Positions 15,030 to 26,856 of a stretch of 64,000 bases of DNA are shown piece by piece. The stretch's first letter is position 1. Each line of letters begins with the position of its first letter. The DNA lies in contig RSEE01000024.1 in the NCBI GenBank assembly GCA_003971905.1, positions 496,001 through 560,000 on the forward strand, written 5' to 3'. A program made the position numbers and the translations under genes. The notes below the pieces were generated by a model. It searched no databases. It had not been told where the DNA came from and saw only the letters and a program-made list of their open reading frames with translations. Source of the DNA: Moniliella sp. 'wahieum' (taxonomy: Eukaryota).

Positions 15030-15370
15030 CAACGCATGGAGGTAAGGAGGAAGCGTAGAAAGTCACAGAGGTCAATTCAACTTGGAAGTATAAACAACAT
15101 GTTCCAAGTCGAAACAGGATGTTCAGCGTATGAGGGAGGAAGCGTAGAAAGTCATAGAGGTCAATTCAACTTGGAGGTAGAAACAACATGTTCCAAGTCG
15201 AAAGAGTATGCTGAACGTGTGCAGGTAAGGAAGTTTTGAAAGTCATAGAGGTCGATTCAACTTGGAGATATAGACAACATATATGCCAAGTCGAACCGAA
15301 GCCAAAGTCGAACAGTAAAAACGTAGAGTTGGAGGTCGAGTAGAGCCATAGAAGGCAATTCAACTGGAAA
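15030..15370. repeat. ~89-bp degenerate tandem repeats in the non-coding part of the LTR element
   Basis: AAAGTCAYAGAGGTCRATTCAACTTGGA...ACAACAT..CCAAGTCGAA recurs near 15058, 15148, 15238 and degenerately near 15340. Confidence 0.85.
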
Positions 15371-15506
15371 AGAAACCAACAAGTCAAAGTGGCACAGTCA
15401 TGAAAAAGAGAAAAAGGACCAAATTCAGGACAGAAAAAGGATGACGACTGGTTCAACCGCCACGCGGACCAGCGTCAACGATGGTTCGAAAGTACCTTGT
15501 AGGTGA

Positions 15507-18500
15507 TCAGTACACTTCGCAAGCAGCACCGCTGGCAAAGGAGCGACCAAAGTCTTCCGGGCCCGGGTCAGGGATGAAAGTGCAACGGCTGCTCATGTAG
15601 CGTACACTAGAGACAGTGCCTCCCGTCTTGAGACAGCCAAAGAAACTCCCACTTGGGCCAGAAAGGAAACCATAGCCGCCCATGCAGCCCACATAGTCAA
15701 CAGCACCGCCAATCTTGGAACGGTCAAGGTACCCCGCGCCCGGGTCAGGTAGGAAACGGCCACAACCATTAGTGTAACCTAAACCGTCAACAGCGCCACT
15801 GCTCTTGAGACGGTCGAAGTATCCCCCGCCCGGGTCAAGTAGAAAATTGCCACAACCATTAGTGTAGCCGAAACTGTCAACAGTAGCACTGGTCTTGGGA
15901 CGGTCAAAGTACCCCCCGCCCGTGTCAAAGAGGAAACTGCCACCGCTGTCAGTGTGGCCCAAACTGTCAACAGCAGCACTGGTCTTGGGACGGCCAAAGT
16001 ACCCCCGCCCAGGTCAGATAGGAAAGTGCCACCGCTGCCCGTGTAGCCCAAAACATAAACGGTGCCCCCGATCGTCGATCGGTCAAAGTACCACTGGTCC
16101 GAGTCAGGTAAGAAACTGCCACAGCCGCCCGTGTAGCCCAAATCGTAAACGGTGCCTGTGGTCTTGGAACGATCAAAATACCACCCGCCCGGGTCAGATA
16201 GGAAGCCGTCAGAACCGCCCATCATGTTGGGTGCAATGGGAGAGCGGGACGTTAAAGCAGAGCACACAAGAGGACCAACGAGTCCGCACATTACCTCCCT
16301 AGCTAACCAAGTAAGAAGGGCAGCTAGGGTGGCTTGCGTCGGTGTTGGGCCCCGGCCAAGAGACCTCAGGTCAGTATCAATATTCTCTCCCGACATGACA
16401 ATGTGTGCCTGAGGGTCGGTGCCGTGCCCGTGCTTAATTTGGAACAGGCAGGCCTGCCAACACATGGTGAGTATCGCTGAAAAGGGTGGGTGGGAGGGAA
16501 CAGTAAGGCAAGGTGGTCCGGGCGCGTAAATGCATGTGCGGAAGGACGGGGGCAGCCCCCCTTTTTCCCGCATCCCGTCGATGGCCGCAAGCTCTGACAC
16601 AGCGGCAATCGCCTTCCCTGCGTATGGTGCTAGGCCGACCGTGCAAAGCTTGTCCGCAAGCTCGGCGACCGTTAATTCTCCATGTCCAGCCGCCAGGTCG
16701 ACACCGCCACACGCCATCGGCCCCCCTTGATCGGACGCTCGGCCAATAGCAGCGCGCGACATCGGTCCCCCTTGGTCAGGCACCAGGCCGACACGTCCAC
16801 ACGCCATCGGCCCCCCTTTGTCAGGCGCTTGGCCAATGGCACCACACGCGGTCGGCCCCCTTTGTCGGGCGCCTGGCCAATAGCGCCACACGCTATCGGC
16901 CCCCCTTGGTCGGGTGCCTGATGGACGTCAATGGGAACCGGGCCACCAAGCGCCTGGTCGGACGCCATGCCATCCACCGGCCCCCCTTTGTCAGACGCTA
17001 GGCCAACCACCGGCCCCCCTTGATAGGGTGCCAAGCCAACCACCGGCCCCCCTTTGTCAGACGCTAGGCCAACCACCGGCCCCCCTTCATCGGGTACCGG
17101 GCCAGCCATCGTTTCCTCTTCATCGGGTGAAGAGGCACCAAGCGCCATCGGCCCCCCTTGGCCAGGCGCCTGAACTTTAACAGGTACCAGGCCACCGAGC
17201 GCCTGATCAGGTGCCATGCCATCTACCGTCCCCACTGTATCAGGCGCCAGGCCAGCCACCGGCCCCCCTTGATCGGGTGCCAAGTCAGCCATTGTTTCCC
17301 CTTCATCGGGTGCAAAGGCACCGAGCGTAATCAGCCCCCCTTTACGAGGCGACGGGACTGCAACGGGTACCGGGCCACCAAGCGCCTGATCGGTTGTCTG
17401 ATCCTGAGCCACGATAGCAACTGACATGGACCTGGGGGAATGCACCTCCCGTGACGCATAGTCACCACCCGCTGGGGGTAAGTCCGGGCCGACAGATGCC
17501 ATCGCAGCCACAGGATCCGGCTTGGCGATAGCAGCTGGCGTGGACCTGGGGGAATGCACCTCCCGTGACACATAGTCACCACCCGCTGGGGGTAAGTCCG
17601 GGCCGACAGATGCCATCGCAGCCACAGGATCCGGTTCGGCGATAGCAGCTGGCGTGGACCTGGGGGAATGCACCCCCAGTGACGCATGGTCACCACCCGC
17701 TGGGGGTAAATCCGGACCAACAGATGCCATCGCAACCGCTGAAACCTGAGCAGCAACAGCAACTGACCCCTCCTGAAGCGAATGCGCCCCCGACGTCGTA
17801 TGGACTTGATCCGCCGGTCGTGAATCAGGGTCGACGGATTCCATCGGAGCCACAAGGTCATGAACCACGACAGCAGGTGACATGGACTCGGAGGAATGTG
17901 CTTCCGACGGAATACAGGCACCATGTTCTGTGAGTAAGTCCGGGCCAACAGACGGCATTGCTGCAACAGGGTCATACCCAACAGCAGCTAACTCAGCCCC
18001 GGACTTGGGACTAGCGGGATGCATCGTCAGTAAATCAGGACCAACGCGTGGCATCTTGCCCAGAGGCTCATGGGCGACAGCAACTGGCTCACACGCGGGC
18101 GAAGCAAGGTGTTCCGCTGGCTCGCTGGCACCACGAGCCGGGAAAGGCTCGTCAACGAGTGGTGCTGCAGCCAGAGGTATGCCAGCACGATCACGAGGGC
18201 AATCCACATGCTTGGGGCCAGACACGACCACACCTTGGGGCTCTCTGATACAGTCCGCTGGGTCGAGGAGCATGTCACGCATGGCACGACGCTTCAGAGC
18301 GACACGCTTGCGAATGTGTTTGGAAGCCTGATCGATCTCGTACAGTTTCCAAGCAAGCCGCACATCACGGAGACACTGGTCCAGTTGCCACCGCAAGTCA
18401 TCAATGCTAGAGAAGCAGTGGTTCCTGGTGTAAAAGGCATAGGCAACATAGAAGTCGGTCGGTGTGAGCAAGACGTCTTCGCCGCCATGGTCTTGCTGTA

Positions 18501-18851
18501 GTTGGCAACGAGATTAGCCACCAAGGAGTCCTTGTCTGCAACTGTCGAACCAGGGAGCGGGGAGGCGATGCCACTCATCGGCATACCCCAGTGGCGAATG
18601 GTAGGAATGACTTCCAGGATGAACTTGGCAGCGACGTCCTCGTCAACGTCCGAAAGAACGGCGTTCAGTTTAGCCCAAGCATAAGTCGTGCCCTTGATGC
18701 GAAAATCCGGCCACTTCGCTGTCGTGCCAGGGGCTATCCCGACTTGGGAGTTGGGGTCAAACTCGCCACGACGAACATACGCTTCCACAATGTCGCGAGG
18801 CGAGTAAACCGGGTGCGCAGAATGCGCAGAGGCAGAAGATAAGGGCGACAT
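15507..18851 (-). CDS. Putative ~1100-aa repeat-rich protein of the LTR element, in four overlapping ORF segments
   Basis: ORFs 18294-18851, 16672-18471, 15779-16891 and 15507-15962 overlap and continue the same peptide repeats across frame changes. Confidence 0.6.
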
Positions 18852-18855
18852 AACC

Positions 18856-19206
18856 TGCTAGAGTGCGACTTGGGAGCACTCGCGATCCTATGGATCAGCT
18901 GCAAAGCAGCCTTCAGACAAGGCGTGAAGGCAAAGTGGTGAGCCACAAGTCTTCAAGCAACGTCTCATTGTGAGGAGCAACAGGTCAAGAAAGGAAGCAG
19001 GCGTACCTTCAGACAAGGCGTGAAGGCAAAGTGGTGAGCCACAAGTCTTCAAGCAACGTCTGAAGGGAAGGAGAAAGGAGAGAGAGAAGGGAGATGGAGC
19101 GAGCAGGGCGTGCGCGGCCTGCGAGCGGAACGCTTCCGCTCGGCTAGGCGAGCGTCACCGATCCATTGAGGGCCGCGCAGGAGAACCCTAGCAGTACCCT
19201 CTAACA
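18856..19206 (-). repeat. 5' LTR (351 bp)
   Basis: direct repeat of 14511-14863. Confidence 0.95.
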
Positions 19207-20468
19207 TTGTAGTCTTGATGGCCTTCACCGTTTGATGTCCTAACGAAAATCAACACCTTGATTGCAGCTACGAGAGCGCCGAGCTGCTATCCAATGCACC
19301 ACGCATGTAGCGCTTCCGCTCCTGTCTAGCTACGAGTTCCTCCGCGTCAGTTTCCCCCTGTTACGGGGCGCTCCGGTTATCTCCGGACGCTGAGCCCGCA
19401 TGTCGTAGACATCTCAGTCCAACATGCGTCAGTCCAGTTAGACTAGCGAGAGAGAGCCAGTCGACACCTTATCCTTGCTGCGGATATCATCCGCGGCCCG
19501 CCATGGCCGCATGGGCTTATCGGTACGATGCTTTGTGCCTATTGCGTCCAGTCTTGTCAAAACCCTTCCTGCTGCGCCCGACTACGCAGCGTCAGCACCT
19601 TTTGGGAAGCAAGGGCTGTGCATTAGTCTTTACCTTTCTGGGAAGTGCCCCGCATTCTGTCTATACCTGTCATGAGGCACTTGAGGCCTGGTTCCTTCTG
19701 CTGTATATAAGCAGCCATGTCTAAGGCTTGCTAGCTGTGGTCCTTGTCGACCATCCTGTCTATTACCGTTGGTCTCCCTGCCTACCAGTTCCTCTCTCGC
19801 CCTTCCACCTTCTACCACCCTTACACTTACAAATTTACGCCACTTACGTCGAGTGCACTGCAAGCCGCGGTTACTCTCATCAGTACCAGTACTCAGTAGC
19901 GCTTGCTCTTCTTTAGGACTCTGTCTGTTCCCGCCTGTTACAGTGTACCGAGTGTGGTAACGTTGCGAGGAACAGAGTAACTTCGGAGCTCCTGGACCCC
20001 TTCAGCTGTGGTCTAACGACCTACGTACGTGGCTCCTATACTTCGGAGGGTCTGAACTACGGCCATCCGATTATTTCCTCTTGGTAGCCTTGAGTCGGAT
20101 CGGATCGTTTTCGACAAACACCTCCTTGCCCTGGCAAAGAGTCCAGCCCGCTGTCTCCTCCAGAAGCGATAAACAAAAGGCCAAGACGTACACCTGTAAA
20201 AGGCTCAGTATCTTACCAGGCTCCAGTCCTCACCGACCTCACCGGTCACCGGTCACCGGTACTTATCTGGTTCTTCTTTCAAATTCCTCCCTGCGCCCCG
20301 TTCCGCCCAGATCCACTTGCTTCGCACGTGACGCGTGACGCGTGATGCAGTTTAAACTAGCGCACAGCTGCCATGTGCTACGATCTTACACCCTCAAAAC
20401 GCACAATAGAGGATCGGACGACACTTACTCCCACCCGCCACCACTGCCACCACCACCCCTCCGCCCCC

Positions 20469-21413
20469 ATGGCCACCCCAGCACCAATAAGTGCAGCCAC
20501 AGCTACTGCCTGGGGGTGTTTCCTCTCGGTTACATATGTTGCCGTGCTCTGGGTTGACAAGGCCCATCGCGTCGGGGCCCGGTCCTATTCTGACCCGCAG
20601 GTTATCCGTCATCGCCTCTTCGTTGCTTCCGCCACAACCGCAGCGGAAGTCGTTCTGACTGCCCTCCTTCTAGGCGGTGTGTCCCGAGCGAATGGAATGT
20701 CCATCGGAGATGCGGCGTATTCTGCCTTTACCCAGCTCGGATTTCACCTCTCTGTCTCCACTGCTGTCCTTTCTGTTGTGGTTGGCACGGGCCTCACTGC
20801 ACTGATGTACATTGCCCAATTAGTTCAAGATTTTATCGACGGGGAGCTTCCGTGGCAAGCCAACGCTTGCGACGGTCATTTTTCCAACCCGTTCAAATCG
20901 CCTGCTGCGGTGCGCAACTTTGTTCTTGGTCCCCTCACCGAGGAACTCGTTTTTCGTGCCGCTGTGCTGGCGCCCTTTGTCGCTGCTGGAACCAGCCGTG
21001 TCACTCTGCTCTTTCTGGCGCCCATCTTTTTTTCCCTCGCTCACGTGCACCATGCTTTTGAACTCTATGCGTCTCATGGTCGCACCCCCAAGCGGCTGTC
21101 CAGGCCTTGCAAGTCGTTCTGGTTCAAGTGGGTTACACCTTTCTGTTTGGGTGGTACGCAAACTGGCTCTTCCTGCGCACTGGTACGACCCTTCCTCTCC
21201 TCCAAGCCCATCACATTGTTACTAATGTTATTCAGGCTCGTTTGTGGCTCCTCTCGCGGCTCACGTGCTGTGCAACTATCTTGGGCTCCCTCTTCCATGT
21301 GGGCCACCCCACCAAAAGAGGCTCTTCGCTCTCCAAGCCATTGGTGCTCTCACGTTTGGATTGCTCATTGCCCCTATTACTGCTTCCCATTTATTTCCTC
21401 ACTCTCTCTGGTA
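20469..21413 (+). CDS. RCE1: CAAX prenyl protease 2 (Abi/CPBP family); frameshift near 21100, intron ~21183-21236, 3' end approximate
   Basis: RNFVLGPLTEELVFRA, FFSLAHVHH, QVGYTFLFGWYANWLFLRTG, AHVLCNYLGLP; multiple hydrophobic segments. Confidence 0.9.
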
Positions 21414-21535
21414 AAAGGAAAACATGCACGATGCACATCCATTCCCTCTGGCTTTGGACCCGTAGCACGTGGTGCCAACCGCAAACGCTGGTACTGAGCA
21501 CAGATGCTCGCCAACCTTGCTGGTCTGCCTGCACT

Positions 21536-22059
21536 TTATGTCTTCCCTGCACCGTGTCTTGCCTTTTCATCGCGGGCTGGGAACAGCCCCACTGTGCATT
21601 CTCCGACGCACCAGCTAAGGGAGTCAGACTGACAACACTGGGCGCTGACACAGGCGACACGTTTGGTGCCGGACCGATATTTGGCGGTCGTCCTCTTTTT
21701 TAGTTTTTTAGGGGGCGTAGGCGATGGTGGGCGAGGAATTTTGCATCGGCGGCCGTGGGGGCGCTTGGGGGGTTGGTTAGCGTCCGAAGGAGACATGGGT
21801 TTCTTGGACCGGCCAGGCGCTCGCTTGATTGGCGCACCAGGTTGTCCAGTAGCTGCCGCGGCGACTGCCAGGGCAGACTGCAAGTGGCCCGTCTGCCTCC
21901 CCCTGCACTGGACCAAGGGACGGCAGGCATACCGAAAGCTCAAGGTGGCGGGTGGACCAGCACTCAATCTACAGTAGTGCAGACTGGATGAAATGTAGCG
22001 TCTCCGGCACTCCACGCGCCATGAGCAAACGCCTACCTGCAATCCGAATGGTATCCATT
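21536..22059 (-). CDS. Possible small hypothetical protein with one intron
   Basis: ATG after a C-rich leader, G|GTAGGC..TAG candidate intron, long open frame downstream; no recognisable motif. Confidence 0.25.
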
Positions 22060-22891
22060 ATGGCGGCCGTGGGAGACTGAAGGACGGGCGTAGGGGGGAG
22101 ATGGGTGACGTGCGGCTGTGGGCGTCGGGAGTGCGGTGCTGGGGTGTGGGGCCGGTCGGGTAGGTGGCCACCATGGCGGGGCTGGCGGGCGCTTGCAATT
22201 AGCGCGCGGGGTGGAGCCAGGCGGGGGAGCAGCAGCTGATTGTTGTCTAGCAAGCCGAGCAAACGGCAAAACAAATCCACGCGAGGTATTTCGCATGGCA
22301 TGACATCATCAGCCTCTGCCCATGCCATTCTCTGGCCTGCGTTGATAAATTAGTCTGGGGTAGCCTGGGACAGCCAGGGGCCGCCAGACGCAAGGAGCAA
22401 CCTTAGCGGTAACCGGTAATGCGTAGCCGCGGGTGGCCGCTGACCTCACCGGTGATGCGTGGCGCCATGCACTGCCGCCCATGCACGGGCCAGACCCTGC
22501 GAGATCCCGCAGCGGGGCGGGGGGGCGCTGTTGCGCACGCGGGCGGCTGATGTGCTGATGCAGAGCGACCATCGACCATCCCTCATCGATCATCGATGAT
22601 CCCGGCATCGGCAGGACAGGCGCCGTGCGCACGCTGGGGCGGCGCCTTGTCCAGGCTTCCCCCGTGCCGCATCCGCCTTGCCCCGGCCGCAGACGCACCG
22701 GACGGCAGGGGGAAGAGGAGCCAGCTGATCGCAGGCGCTGGAATGGGGCGGCCAATTGCCCCCCCGCATGCCCCAGGCACCGCAGCTGCGCCCACAACGC
22801 TGCCCCGCCCACCCCCTTGCGCCTGCACCGGCATCTGCTCCTGCTCCTGCTCCGCCGCCACCGCCACCACCATCACCACCTCTGTCCGGCC

Positions 22892-25800
22892 ATGGTGCTC
22901 TCCCATCCCTACCCTGTCCTCTCCACCGACGAGCCCCGTCCTGTCCGCGGCCTGCCCATTCGCGCCGTGCGCGAGCGCCGCCTGGGCGAGTTTGTCGGCG
23001 GCCAGTACAACGAGTACAACCTCTCTGCCCTCCTTTTCGAGGCCCGCACCGATGACAAGGCGTACATCCGTCTGGCCCGCTGGGACCCTGAGCCCTGGCT
23101 CCACCCCCACCCCAAAGGCAAGGGCGGCGAGGTGATCAACAAGCCCTCCTTTGCCGAGGCTGTCAAGCAAACCTACACCCCCACACGCAAGGGCACCACC
23201 TTTGGTCCCAGCTGGACCAACCACTGGGTCCGGGTCACCTTCACCCTCCCCCCGCACTGGGCCAAGCGTGAGCTTGGTTCGGTCCAGCTCGAGTTTGACC
23301 CAGGGTGTGAAGCAATGATCTTCAATGACCAGGGCCTGCCTCTCCAAGGACTCACCGGCGGAGGAGATGTGAACCGGCGCGTGGATCTCCGCTCAGCGCA
23401 TCCATGCTCCAAGCCGGCACGGTCACTACGCTCTACATTGAAATCACCGCCAATGGCATGGGCGGGCTTCCGCCCGCTGGTTCGGGCAAAGACCCGGACC
23501 CAAACCGGTATTTCGAGCTGAGCTCAGCCGACCTGGTGCTGAAGCGGCTGGATGCATGGCGCCTGATGTGGGACTTCAACCTGCTCCGTGGAGCCGTGGA
23601 CTGGGTGGATCGGAACACGGTGCTGCAGAATAAAGCTCTTTGGGTCGCCAACGAGATCCAAAACACGTTCCGTCACACAGATGTGGGGTCGATTGCCCGA
23701 TGCCGCAAGCTGGCCGAAGAGGTGCTGGGGGAAAAATGGGACGCCAAGCCCCAGTCCATCTGGACCCAACCTACCAACACCACCACAACCGTCTGGGCCA
23801 TGGGACACTGTCACATCGACTCATGCTGGCTTTGGCCGAAGAAGATTACGGAGCAAAAAGTGGCGCGGTCGTGGTCGACCCAAGTGTCGCTCATGGAGCG
23901 TTACCCCGAGCACCGTTTCACCGCTCCCAGGCCGCCCAGTTTCACTGGCTGAAACACTTTACCTTCCCTCTTCGAGAAGCTCAAGCGCTTTGTCGCCTCG
24001 GGACAGTTCATTCCCATCGGAGGAAGCTGGGTGGAGAATGATGCTAACCTTCCTTCCGGAGAAGCATTGTGGCGTCAATTTGGCATGGTCAACGCTACTT
24101 TCTGTCGCGGTTCGGACAGCGGTTGTAAGATCTTTGGTTACCCGACACGTTTGGGTACAATGCCCAGATCCCTCAGCTGGCACGATCGGCAGGGATGGAT
24201 TACTTCTTTACCCAGAAACTCAGTTGGAACAACATCAATCACTATCCGCACAACACAGTCATGTGGCAGGGCCTCGATGGCAGCCAGATCATCACGCATT
24301 TTTCCCCGTGGAGAACTACGATTCCCAATGCCGTTTGGACGATATTACCAAGTGCATGAAGAACAGTATGTCTGCACCTTCTCCCCGCGCCCCTCCCGTA
24401 TCTATACGTGCTAACTGCTGGCTGATAGACGGCAACTTGGATGTTCAACCCAACGGTCTCCTCCTTTTCGGATACGGCGACGGCGGTGGTGGTCCCAACG
24501 AGACTCATATCCACAACCTCCGGCGCGCTCGGGCGGCCCATAACAATGGCTACACCGACATTCCCAAGGTGGAAGTGGCCAAGTCGGTGCAAGACTTTTA
24601 CGACGAAGTGCTGCGCGTAACCGATGGGGGCAAACGGCTGCCCACATGGAAAGGGGACCTGTATCTCGAGTTCCATCGCGGGGTCTATACTTCGCATGGG
24701 AGCATCAAGCGGTGGAACCGCAAGTTGGAGATCAAACTGCACAACGTGGAGTGGGTGGCGACGCTGGCCTCGCTGATTGGAGAAGAGTATGCCTACCCCA
24801 AGAAGGCACTGGACGAGCTGTGGGAGAGCTTGTTGTTCAACCAGTTCCACGACATTTTGCCTGGCTCCTCCATCCGCATGGTGTACGAGGATGCCGAGAA
24901 AGACTATGCTGCGATCGACAAGAAAGCCGATAAGCTCCTCGCCGCCGCTGAAAAAATCTTGTTAGCCAACGATTCGAACACCATCTTGTCCATCGACAGT
25001 CTTTCTCTCACCCAGGGCGGCTCAATTGTTGCGCTCAATACACTTGCCACCTCGCGGTACGAATTGGTTCCTGTTCCTCTGGGGGCAAACGGGGTGCAAG
25101 CAGCTCTGGCAACGGGTGGCGCGCAAGTGACCGTAACCCCCATGGGAAGATGGCGTTGGTGCCAATGCAAGATCCCGCTGGCGAAGGAATTGCGACCTTC
25201 TCGCCGACCCATGCGGCCGAGGTGGGCAACCGAGCCCGTCGCAGTGGTGCTCAGGCGTACTACGATGCGGAGGCCAAGAGTTATGTGCTGAGTAATGGAG
25301 TGACCAAGGTTGTTTTCCACGGTGGACGGATCACATCCTTCTATGACCAAACGCTGGGGCGGGAACTGCTCCGCACAGGCCAGACCGCCGGATTGACGAT
25401 TGCCGAGGACTACCCTCCCTCCTGGGACGCATGGGAGACAGAGGTGTACTCGCTGGATATGGAGGAGGGGATCGCATTCGACTCGGTTTCGCCGAATGAG
25501 GAGCAGGGTCCGCTCCGTGCTTCTCTGGTGGGCAAGGCCAACTTTGGAAAGAGCTCCGTGGCAATCAAGTTTTCACTGGAAACCGCTGGAGAGGGCGCAG
25601 GTCAGCCCCGCTCGCCCCTCGTGCTGGACTTTACCGTGGACTGGCAAGAGAAACACCGCTTCCTCCGCTTTGTGTGTGCCGACCAACCTGGTGGCAGACA
25701 GCGCTAGCTACGAAACCCAATTCGGTATCACACGTCGCCCCACCGGGCGTAACACCTCCTGGGACGCAGCCAAGTTCGAAGGCTGTGCTCATCGCTTTGT

Positions 25801-26368
25801 CGATCTATCCGAGGCGGGATACGGGGTGGCCATCCTTTCCGAAAGCAAATATGGCTTCTCGGTTGAAGGGGGTACGATGCGCGCCTCACTGCTCAAAGGG
25901 GCTACGTATCCCGATGCGCACCAAGACGAAGGGAAGCACACCTTCTCATTAGCTGTGCTCCCCCACCTTGGCCCAGCGGAGGACCCTCAAAGCGGGGTCA
26001 TTGCCGCTGCCCGGGCCTTTAATAACCCTCTCGTGCCGGTGCAAGGGGGCGCCAGCCCACCCCAAGTGGGCGTGCACCTCACCTCGGACTCGGGCACTGT
26101 GGTGCTGGATACACTCAAACGTGGCGAGGCCGACTTTGCCTACTACCGCTCCGCCATGTCGGGCAAGACGACGGTGGTGGCACGGCTGTACGAAGCGGCC
26201 GGTGTCCATGCGCATGCCTCGCTCGTTGTTCGTGGAGTCAAGATCGCCAAGGCTGCTACCGCCTCGATTTTGGAGGACGTGCAAGAGGAAGTGGCGTTGG
26301 TCCGTGGTGCTGTGCCGCTCAGCTTCCGGCCATTTGAGGTCAAGACGGTCGTTCTGGAACTCGCGTAG
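22892..26368 (+). CDS. AMS1: Alpha-mannosidase, GH38 (vacuolar/cytosolic AMS1 type); intron ~24366-24428; several frameshifts
   Basis: [78 protein letters not shown]. Confidence 0.95.
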
Positions 26369-26771
26369 GAGAAGGTTGCGACCAGACATGCCGAAAACAA
26401 TGCCATTGATTTTGATCTGTTGCCCCCAAACACATACTGCCTCCATCTCAGTCCTTGATATCCCTCGCGGCTATCCACGCACAGCACTGCACCAAGGCAA
26501 GTGCACACGTAGATGGATGGTTTATGGACTACTATACGATCCTTGGTAGGGGGTAAGGGTATACAGTAACACATGTAGCGGTTGTACAATGGGATGGGAA
26601 TGCGTACTTACAGCTGGTCGGGGGCAGCGGTCTTCAAGCGTCAACGTACGACATTCGTACAAGATGGCGTCGAAAACCAAAGCTGTACCCGCACCGGGGG
26701 GGGGGGGACCAATTCTGAAGACACAACAATCATAGATGATGGTCAGCTTGTGCTCGGAGCAAGTGGTGGTG

Positions 26772-26856
26772 GGATCAGCGATCTTGGTGACTTTAGTATT
26801 CTCATCGGCCCAAGGGCCTCTATAGTAGCAAATATTAAAAGACAATCATCACGGTG
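26772..26856 (-). ncRNA. snR24: Box C/D snoRNA U24 (snR24), intron-encoded
   Basis: minus strand: C box GTGATGA (26852-26846), guide ATATTTGCTACT, internal GATGAGA C'-like box, guide TCACCAAGATCG followed by D box CTGA (26778-26775); both guides match those recalled for yeast/human U24. Confidence 0.85.

Larger units (their letters stand above)
14511..19206 (-). mobile_element. LTR retrotransposon, copia-style cis signals, non-autonomous (no recognisable pol)
   Basis: LTRs 14511-14863 and 18856-19206 with TG..CA ends, TSD TTGTA (14506-14510, 19207-19211), GGTTATG primer-site-like sequence and GAGGGGGC polypurine tract on the minus strand. Confidence 0.93.

Noticed and set aside
15030..17730. 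CRISPR-like array interpretation of the regular repeats
   Set aside because: Eukaryotic context, no unique spacers, no cas genes; the units are contiguous tandem repeats within an LTR element.
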